Source of the DNA: Marsupella aquatica
Lineage: Eukaryota > Plantae > Marchantiophyta
Direction: 5' to 3'
DNA length: 64,000 bases
Assembly: GCA_973895155.1 (NCBI GenBank)
Contig: OZ316895.1
Coordinates: forward strand, 13,379,186 to 13,443,185
A program made the translations under genes and the position numbers. The notes under the pieces are model-generated. The model saw only the letters and a list, made by a program, of their open reading frames with translations. It ran no database searches and was not told where the DNA came from. The number at the start of each line of letters is the position of its first letter. Positions within the stretch are counted from its first letter, which is position 1. Positions 55,000 to 64,000 of the stretch are shown here, piece by piece.

Positions 55000-55940
55000 G
55001 CCTTACATTGCTTGAGCTTTTTGGTGGCATTTCTACAGGCCTGGAAGCTCTCCTACAGTCTGGCATGGTGATGAAGCAGTACATCTATGTGGATATTGAT
55101 CCAGGTGCAAGGCAAGTGACTGAATCCCGTCTGCTGGAATTTTCAGAGCGATTTCCTCAGCAGTTCCCACACAGTGCATGGAAGTCTGCATTTTCTTTCT
55201 TTCCTTCAGATATCCAGCTTGTCCAGCACCGGCACTTAACCCTTCTTGGCTCCCTTGATTTGATCATAGCTGGTTGGGAATGCCAAGGGTTTTCAGCTGC
55301 TGGTCACGGTGCTGGACTTCATGATTCTCGTTCTGGCCTTTTCACAACATTGGCTCAGATTCTCACCTGGGCTCAATCCCTTTATCCTGCTGTTGGTTAT
55401 ATCATTGAGAATACTCCATCTCAGTTTGACCAGCGACCACAGGTCAAAGAGGATTTCAGTGTGGTCCAGCACTACTTGGGACCACCCCTTCTCATTGATG
55501 CAGTGCACTGTGGTTCTTATGCACATCGTCTTCGTAACTTTTGGACTAACCTTGCACCACCTTCCTTGTTGGAGTTAGCTCTTCACCACACATCCAGGGA
55601 CACTAACCTCACAGTGGACCAGATTTTGGATCCTGACAGTTCTTGCCAACCAGTTACACGGCAAGAGCTAGCACCTTGGTATCCAGCCAATACCATTGGA
55701 CAGCCCCGTGCTGCTTGGCCTACATTTGTGTCCTTTCCAGGTGCACATGCTTTTCAGGGTGATGGTCCTGGCCTGGTTTACCGACATTCTACCGGTACAT
55801 GGGATGAACCTAGTCCTGAGGAGAGAGAACGAGCTATGGGCTTCCAATCCAGTACTACAGGTCACACCCAGATCACCAGGCTGGCCAGGAATGCTTTACT
55901 TGGCAGGGTAATGGATCTCAATGCTCTCACTTGGCTTCTG
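55000..55940 (+). other. DNA cytosine-5 methyltransferase domain (DNMT3-like) within the retrotransposon polyprotein
   Basis: Motif I LLELFGGISTG, II YVDID, IV DLIIAGWECQGFS, V DSRSGLF, VI IIENT, VIII AHRLRNFWTNL, IX/X ERERAMGF...TRLARNALLGRVM. Confidence 0.88.
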
Positions 55941-58900
55941 GTCACTTGCATCCTTTTTCAGATGTCCATTCCTCCAGCATCAGGAGTTCCAGTTCTACCA
56001 CTCCATGGTGCTGCTACATGGCATCCAGACCAGGTGCACTTACCTTTGTCCAACACTCACCACTTCAGTCCCAGTGTTGGGGGGGAGGAGGTCCCTTGTA
56101 ATGTGGCTGACATTATTTCTGAGTTTCATGGTGTGGATCAGACCAGAGCAACAGATACAGCAGGCCTTGGAGAGGCCTCATCACCTTATCAGCAGCATGC
56201 TAGCAGCTTGGATAGTGGAGAGGCTAGCACTTCTGGCTCTTCAAGCACGAGTACATCAGGTCCTATTCCTAGTGTTGCGAACTACACATTTATCATGGGC
56301 AACCACTTGAGTAAAAGACAAAAGGACCAGCTGCTGAATTTGCTCCTCAAGCATGAGAATGTGTTTGCTTTCTCTATGAAGGACTTGGGTAAGTGCAAGA
56401 CTATGCAGTTCTCCATTGAGTTGGCTGATGAAACACCTATCTTCAGGCGGAGACACCGTTTGAGTAAGCATGAGTGGCAGTTGGTGGATGAGAGGTGCCA
56501 AGAGCTCTATGAAGCTGGTCTTATTCAGCCATCTACATCAGATTTTGCGGCAGCTACAGTGATGCCAGCAAAGAAGGATTCCAGTGGATTGTGGACAGAG
56601 AAGCGCATGTGTGGGGACTACAGGCCACTAAACCTGGTCACACCCCAGGACAGGTACCCCATGCCACGGCCAGAGGAGCTATTTGATAGCATTGGAGACT
56701 CAAACATCTTCACTCTTGTGGATCTAAGGCAAGGCTTTAACCAGATTTTGCTGCTTGCAAAGGACCGCAAGAAAACAACTTTCTATGGTAGTAACCAACT
56801 ATGGGAGTGGTTGGTGATGCCATTTGGCTTGAAGAATGCGCCCATATTCTTTCAAAGAGTCATGGACCAGGTTCTTCAAGGTGCTGAGTTTCTGAAATGC
56901 TACATTGATGATGTGTTGGTCCACAGCAAAGGATTTGACCAGCATCTACTTGACCTTGAGGAGCTATTCATGAGGCTTAAGAAGGTGAACCTAAAGATAC
57001 ACCCCAAGAAGTGTGAATTTGCTGTCAGATCAGTAGTATATCTTGGGCATCGCATTCTTCCAAATGGAACCATGGCTCACTGGGCCAAGGTGGTATCCAT
57101 CTTGGAAATGCCCACTCCTACCGATGTTCACACTTTGAGGAGTTTTATTGGGTTGTGCAATTACTACCGAATCTACATCAAAGATTTCAGTACCATTGCA
57201 CACCCATTGTATGCTTTGTTGAAAAAGAATGTGACTTGAACATGGAGTACAGATGCTGAGGCAGCATTTGCCACTTTGAAGGAGAAGCTCTCAGAATACC
57301 CGGTGTTGAGAAGACCTGATTTCAGCAAGGTCTTTGTGTTACACACAGATTGGAGTGCCCTTGGGATTGGTGCCATTCTGGGCCAGCATGATGAGGAAGG
57401 TAAAGAGTACGTCATTGCCTATGCATCCAGGAGCAACAATCAGGCAGAGAGTCATTATTCTTCTTATGAGGGTGAATGCCTTGCTGTTGTGTGGGCTGTC
57501 ATACATTATAGGCCCTACCTCTATGGGACCAGGTTTGTTCTCTACACCGATCACCAGCCCTTGAAGTGGTTGATGACCAACGACAAGCTTACTGGCAAGC
57601 TTGCTCGTTGGGCGCTCATACTCCAGGAGTATGATTTTGAGGTAATTCATAGGCCTGGTGTGACACATCAGAATGCTGACACTATGTCCCGCAGCCCTTT
57701 GATTACCTCTGATGATTCCTCAGATGCACGGCAAGATTTTGACCAGGCTTCCATCCTGCCTACATTTCATGCATCGACCTATCTTGCTTTGCTGCCATGC
57801 TATGTTGTTGACCAACCTGTGGTGGACATATGGGAGGACAGCGACACTCTGAGATTTCTGCAGCATGGGGAGTACCCCTCACATGTTACTGCTGCCCAGA
57901 GAGACCGAATTCAGCAAAGGTCCAAGCGCTACTTGTGGAAGGGAGATCATCTCGTGCGTTGCTTGCCAGACAGGGAAGTGGTGGTTCCACCTATTCATGA
58001 GAGGGTTGGCCTTATCCGTAAGGTACATTCTGAGCTTGGTCATTTTGGTGTTAAGAGGACTTACAGCCTCTTGGTCCCTCATTATCATTGGAGAGGCATG
58101 CATGGCCAGGTTCGAGATGTTATTGCCCGGTGTGAATAGTGTGATAGGGTGAGGACTTCCTTCACATCTCGACAACCCACACTTCATCCACTCCCTATTC
58201 AGGGCATGTTTTATCGTTGGTCATGTGATTTGGCTGGAGAATTACCCCTCACGTCTCGGGGTAATCTCTACATCATGATCATGATAGAGCATTTCTCCAA
58301 GTGGATAGAACTTGTGGCATTGCCGGATAAGACCTCCCATAGCACCAGCCAGGCATTCCTACAACAAGTTCTCAGCCGCTTTGGAGCTTGTGCAGAATGT
58401 CTCACTGACCAGGGCTCAGAGTTTAGAGGAGAGTTCCAGGAGCTGCTTGATCAGGCCCTCATTGATCATCGCCGGACATCACGAGATCACCCACAGGCAG
58501 ATGGCTTGGCAGAGCGCATGGTTCAGACATGCAAGAAGGGCCTTCGGAAGATCTGCCTCACCAAAAACAAGGAGGATTGGGACCTGGCCTTACCCTACAT
58601 TGCCATGGGGTATAGGATGTCCAGACATGCATCACTGTCTAACTTTTCTCCCTACTTCTTGTTGTTTGGTCGTCACCCAGTTCCACCTTCTGCTATTGCT
58701 TCTCACATGTTTCAAGTGGTGGACTTGGATTCAGTTGTGACTTGGTCTGATGTGATCTCTGAGAGGGCTGCCCTATTCAGGAGGGTTATGCCCATGGCCA
58801 TGGAGAATTTGGCCATTGCACAGCACAGGGACACACTGCGTTATGCACACACACGAGGGGGCACTTTTCAGCCCAAGGTCAGGAAGTTTGAAGTGGGAGA

Positions 58901-59120
58901 TTTTGTGTACTTGCAGCGGCAAGCTAACGACACCCTGGACACCTCTACCAGTCGCACTATTCTCAGGGTCAAAGCTATTCGACCGTCTGGAGTGCTAGAG
59001 TTACAAGGGGCAGATGGGCGCACAATTGCTGACAATGCCAAGAATTGCGCCCCTTGTCATCTGCCTAACCTGGATCCCACCATTGTGACTTCTACTTGGA
59101 TTCCACCTGTGGACTACCCT

Positions 59121-59255
59121 TGCAAAGTGTGTTTGCGAATTGATGATGCTGACCAGATGCTGCTGTGTGACAATTGCAATGGAGGGTACCATCTTTTCTG
59201 CCTTCGGCCTGAACTTACCCAGGTGCCAGAAGGGTTATGGTTTTGCCCTTCCTGT
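59121..59255 (+). other. PHD finger at the integrase C-terminus
   Basis: CKVC...MLLCDNCNGGYHLFCLRPELTQVPEGLWFCPSC (C4HC3). Confidence 0.92.
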
Positions 59256-59305
59256 GCTCCACGTGCTATCTGACTTTTCTTCAGGCCTCCTTTTGGCTGT
59301 GGTCT

Positions 59306-59312
59306 GGGGGGG
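59306..59312 (+). promoter_or_regulatory. Polypurine tract (G7)
   Basis: GGGGGGG directly abutting the start of repeat B1. Confidence 0.6.
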
Positions 59313-60019
59313 ATACAGAGGTTTACACCTCCACTACGTACATACCACCTCAGTTGCTTTTTCTTGGCACCTGTGAATGTGATTGGACTTTTTCTATGCA
59401 TGTTGGTTGCTAGCAACTTGCACATATGCATTGCCGGTGACTTGTATGTTTTTGATACACTATGGCTACGATACTATATGTCACGACAGCTGTCATGCCG
59501 AGGGACAGTGCCGCTTGTGCACATCGGCATGTCCCTCGCATGCCCGCTAGGTATGGTTAGGGCTAGTGTACTACTTGAGTTAGTGTCATGTTCTTGTAGC
59601 GAGTCTGGGCTGTTCTTGAGGTTTGTTAGTGTGACGCCTGGACCCGGTCCTACTTAGGGCATGTTTTTCTTTGCCGTTCTTCAGTTCTTCTTGAATCGCT
59701 GTGAGACAGAGTTTTTCAGAGGCTGCTCGTCGATTCCGTACACGGAATTCACACAGTGATTCGTTAGATGCTCCCGGCCGATCTTGGCATCTCGCCGGTT
59801 TTCGATTCGATTTTAGTACGTTTGTTTCTATCACGCCTTTTATATACAGAGGTTTACACCTCCACTACGTACATACCACCTCAGTTGCTTTTTCTTGGCA
59901 CCTGTGAATGTGATTGGACTTTTTCTATGCATGTTGGTTGCTAGCAGCTTGCACATATGCATTGCCGGTGACTTGTATGTTTTCGATACACTATGGCTAC
60001 GATACTATATGTCACGACA
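59313..60019 (+). repeat. 3' repeat block: B1 (59313-59488), GC, A2 (59491-59843), B2 (59844-60019)
   Basis: B1 and B2 are both 176 bp with 2 substitutions seen; A2 matches A1. Confidence 0.95.
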
Positions 60020-61224
60020 AAAGCCTTGAATCATGATCTACAGAATATGTCCACCACACATGGATGTGGTGGGCATCCATGTGTCCCTTGCAAACTTTGT
60101 TATGACACTAGATATGAACCATTAGATCATCATATTATTGCAATGCTACAGTAGATATTCATTTCTTTTTTTTCTCCTTTCTAGGTTTTTGTGGTTTGCA
60201 TCATTCTTTTGAGTTTAGTTTGTGTCCTCTCTAGACCTCTTTTGCTCTTACTCGAGTGGACTTTGGCTGGCTCCTCTTCATAAGTTGGTCCTTTTTCCTT
60301 CTTTGTGGTAAAAGAAAACCTGAGTGACAATGTCATGACAAACGAGAATCTACTGCTTTGCTAGAATCACTCATGAGGGAGGATCATCCCTGGACCAAGT
60401 TATGACAGTTGTGATTATTTGAAGGATAAAGAGAACTCTCCCATGCAAAACAAAAGAGGAGTTACTTCTGTAGTGGCGATTCAACAAAAAAGGTGTTTTG
60501 ATTCCTATTCATGCACAATGGGAGCAGTCATGAGGGCCTTTTTAGATTACCCTGCAGTCTTCCCCCAAACAAAGCACCATGGAATGTGTTCAAATAGTGG
60601 GCCACGGGGCACTCTATTTGAATAGTGGGCCTGGGGTGTTGTGTTCAAGTTTTGACTAATTATTTGTTTTGGTTTTTTGTACTTGCAGTGTTGTGTCCAA
60701 AAATTGCTGTTCTGATTGACTATGGGTATTGTGTTTGAATTTTGGAATTGCGAGATGAATTAACCTTGGCTGTAAGGAGTGTTTGAGTTCATGCAAGCTC
60801 TTTTACTTCCCCACATTACCTTACAAATCTGAAGTTTACTATTGTGACCTAGCAAAACACGTATGTGAAACATGCATATTTTTGTCAGGGAATAGTTCAG
60901 CATGTGATGTGTCTAAAATAACGTACTGACTCTTAAAAATTGCTCTAAATGGCCACATTATCAACTGAACATAATAGATATTGTAAACATAACTCTTTGC
61001 TTGCCCACCCCCCCCCCCCCCCACAAAAAAAAAAACAAAAAAAAAAACTTTTCTCAAAGTGACGATTTACTAGGGACCTTGATCATCAAAATTTGACAAC
61101 ACTGGAACTTGTCACACCATTCTAGGTAGTGTTAGAGTGTATCGTACTATCTAGATCCGTATGTTTGGTATGTATGCTATATGAGCCAATAAGGTTCTGT
61201 TAGGTTTGTGTGAGAGGGTACTTC

Positions 61225-61811
61225 TCACTTGTGAGACATTGAAAGGTCATCTTTCAATGTAATCTTGCTACAATCGGCACAACGATCCCGATCAACAATA
61301 CCCCATCGATCCCACACCGATCTGATCACACACGTATGTCAAGCCAACGCACCTTGCACTACTCAAGGAATCCACGTTACACAAGCGGAGCTCACAGCCA
61401 CCATAGCCACACTCAAGCTCCTGTTGAACTAAGACATCATTCGCAACGACCATACAACCATGACTTATTCCATGCACACGTAGTCGACACAATCTCTACG
61501 TGGTTCACCTCTTCTCCAAGGCTACGTCCACACGAACACTCAAGCTTTACTTCAAGAGTAAACGAACACACATGCTCTCCCTCTTCCTCAAGTTGCTCCG
61601 TTACAATGAGTAAGCACCACTCACCAGCGGCTTACACTAGCCCTGGTATATACAAGGTCACACACGACTAACCTAACCTCAGCTAAGACCCTAACTGTGG
61701 TTAGCCTAAGTGTCGTAACCTTTGAGTCACAAGACTAAGAGCAATCCTTAATAGCTCCTCTCTCTCCAAGGCTCAACATTGAAAGATGACCTTTCAATGC
61801 CTCACAAGTGA
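61225..61811. repeat. 36-bp inverted repeat pair flanking an LTR-like segment
   Basis: 61225-61260 and 61776-61811 are reverse complements with 1 mismatch; each arm contains the hairpin cattgaaag-N5-ctttcaatg. Confidence 0.75.
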
Positions 61812-64000
61812 AAGGCTGGACAGATTGTTGAGCAGGAAGGGACTGCTCAATCTACTGCTAAATAGCAATCATCGGCTATCTCTTCTACCCTACAAAGGGA
61901 AATATGGGATTTGGTGGAGAGTTGGGAACCACAGCTTGGCCCTAAGTTGATTGGGGAGGAGAGACGTTGCATGCATCGATTCCTGAAGAGTTACTGGAAT
62001 TGTTTTGCATTTAGCATGAAAGATTTGGGGACATTAAAGGGTCATGGTATTCAGATTGAATTGGCTAGTGATGCGCCAATCTTTCGTAGGCCATACCGTT
62101 ACAGTGACATGGAGAGAGCTCTGATTCAAAGTAGAACTCAAGATTTGTTGGAGGCTGGATTGGTGGAGATTTCATATGGGGAGTATGCATCTGCCACAGT
62201 GATGCCAGCCAAGAAGGATGTGCATGGCAATTACACAGATAGGCGCATGTGTGGTGATTACAGACCCATTAATCGCCAGACAAAATCTGATAGATATGCC
62301 ATGCCCACACCTGAGGAGATCTTTGATGCTGTGGGGCATGCAAAGGTTTTCAGTTCATTGGATCTGAGGGGTACCATCAGCTTCCAATTAGGCATGCTGA
62401 CAGGTCCAAGACAGCATTCTGGGGGATTGATTCTTATGGCAAAGATCGTTTATATCAGTGGTTATTCTTACCATTTGGGTTGAAGAATGCACCAGCTGAG
62501 TTCCAGAGAGTCATGGATCGAATCCTTGCAGGTTTGGATTTTGTCAGATATTATATTGATGATATTTTGGTCTATTCTTCTACCGTGGAAGAACATCAGC
62601 AACACTTGCAGATTGTGTTGGAGAGATTGAGAGCACATTGATGGGTTGAAGCTCCATCCTAGCAAGTGTAAGTTCTTCCAAGACCAGATTGAGTATTTGG
62701 GCCACACTATATACCCAGGGGGATTGGGTGTACAGCAGACTAAAGTGGAGGCCATTACACAGATTCCTTGTCCTACTGATGTGAGTAGAGTTTATGCATT
62801 CTTGGGATTGGCGAGCTACTACAGGAAGTATGTTAAAGGATTTAGCCAGCTTGCTAAACCTTTGACCATACTCACTAAGTTGGATCAGGAATGGATTTGG
62901 GGTAATGACCAGGAGCATGCCTTTCAGGAGTTGAAGCAAAGGTTGGCATCATCCCCTATTTTGAGAAGACCCATTTCAGGTAGACCATTTCAGCTACACA
63001 CTGATTGGAGTGGAGTAAGACTTGGAGTAGTGCTGACTCAGAAGGATGATGAGGGGAATGAGTTTGTTGTGGCTTATGCCAGTAGATCAAACAATTCAGT
63101 AGAGGCTAAGTATAGCTCGTATGAGGGAGAGTGTTTGGCAACAGTGTGGGCTGTTGCATACTTTCGTTGCTACTTGTTTGGTAACCCCTTCACCTTGATC
63201 ATTGATCATCAGCCTCTTAAGTGGTTAATGGAGTCTGACAAGCTTACAGGGAAGCTTGCACGATGGGCATTGTTGTTACAAGAGTATGATTTCCAGGTGG
63301 TGCATAGGCCTGGAAAAGTGAACTTGGATGCAGATGGATTAAGCCGCAATCCATGTACCAGTCAGCAGGATGAGAGTGGAGCCAGATAGCATGATGAGTC
63401 AGATAAGGAGATGGTGCCAGGATGGCATGCATCTGCCTTTCTTTGTTGGGTGCCAGCATACAGTGGATCTGTGGACTCTACCTCATTGGATGGAGTGGAT
63501 GATGAGTCTTTAGATGTGGATGTTGGTGAGGTAACTTCTGGACAACAAGATATTCACAATGATGTGAGAGTGTTGGAATATATGCGCAGTGGTTCTATTG
63601 TTGGCAATGTTGATGCCAAAGAACGTGACAGGGTTCTACAGAGAGCCAAGAGGTTTCGATGGGAGGGAAACCATCTTTTGAGAGTACTGCATGATGGTAG
63701 GGTGTTAATGGTACCAAAACCATCACAACGAGTACATTTGGTGCGACATGCACACGAGGAGTTGGGTCACTTTGGTGTGAAGTGCACTTATAGCTTGCTA
63801 CAGACACAGTATTGGTGGCGTGGTATGCACACTCATGTCCAACAGTTGATAGCTAAGTGTGTGGTATGTGATAGAGTGAGAGCATCATTTAATGCTCCCA
63901 CTCCCCAGTTGCACCCGTTGCCGATCATGGGTTTGGGATATCGTTGGAGTTTGGATTTTTCTGGTCCATTACCTCTTACCCAACGTCATAATCGGTATGT
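61812..64000 (+). mobile_element. Degenerate Ty3/Gypsy pol fragment (RT-RNaseH-IN), runs off the window end
   Basis: Motifs ASATVMPAKKD..RMCGDYRP, YIDD (~62552), YASRSNN..YSSYEGECLA and HEELGHFG..CVVC. Frameshifts near 62370 and ~62640, stop at 63387. Confidence 0.9.

Larger units (their letters stand above)
51909..59273 (+). pseudogene. Gag-PR-C5 MTase-RT-RNaseH-IN-PHD polyprotein (~2450 codons, one frame, 3 premature stops at 51981, 57237, 58137)
   Basis: ORFs 51987-57239, 57276-58139 and 58149-59273 share one frame, with an upstream in-frame ATG at 51909. Motifs: two CCHC knuckles, LDTGA (54336), YIDD (56901), RNase H LHTDWS/YASR, integrase H-H-C-C and D-D-E (WSCDL, TDQGSEF, GLAER), C4HC3 PHD. 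Confidence 0.92.
50267..60019 (+). mobile_element. Ty3/Gypsy retrotransposon carrying a DNMT3-like methyltransferase and a PHD finger, with split direct repeats A-internal-B-A-B
   Basis: Termini TGTCATG...CACGACA; AAAG on both sides (50263-50266, 60020-60023); domain order gag-PR-MTase-RT-RH-IN-PHD. Confidence 0.93.

Noticed and set aside
57237-58139. Programmed stop-codon readthrough in pol
   Set aside because: The stops replace probable Trp and Gln codons inside the RT-RH connection and the integrase zinc finger, not at a gag-pol boundary; decay is the simpler explanation.
59491-60019. Treating A2+B2 (TG..CA, 529 bp) as a conventional 3' LTR
   Set aside because: The 5' end has only A, the PPT abuts B1 rather than A2, and the primer site abuts A1. 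A conventional model needs two independent rearrangements, so it is disfavoured but not excluded.
50267-60019. DIRS/Ngaro tyrosine-recombinase element, suggested by split repeats plus a methyltransferase
   Set aside because: It has an aspartic protease, a DDE integrase and a 4-bp TSD, with no recognisable YR motif. The MTase is C5-cytosine type, not the adenine-type MT of DIRS.

Overview
Eukaryotic, intron-rich land-plant DNA; a hydrolase-NB-ARC-LRR gene suggests a liverwort or other bryophyte (inference). Bases 1-45 kb hold host genes: the 3' end of a PIE1/SWR1-like remodeller, the HNL-type NLR, chloroplast GET3d/ArsA-like, NTMT1, MED28, a class-3 lipase/P-loop protein and a UGT. Bases 45-64 kb are repeat-rich. 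The highlight is a 9.75-kb Ty3/Gypsy retrotransposon (50267-60019, TG..CA ends, 4-bp AAAG TSD). Its single polyprotein has a DNMT3-like cytosine-5 methyltransferase domain between protease and RT, and a PHD finger after the integrase. Its terminal repeats are split/permuted (A-internal-B-A-B) around a palindromic junction, with a Tf1-like self-priming site instead of a tRNA PBS. This suggests integration of a circular 2-LTR intermediate cut inside the LTR. A non-autonomous Helitron, a Tourist-like MITE and a second degenerate Gypsy pol are also present. All coordinates and alignments were read by eye.
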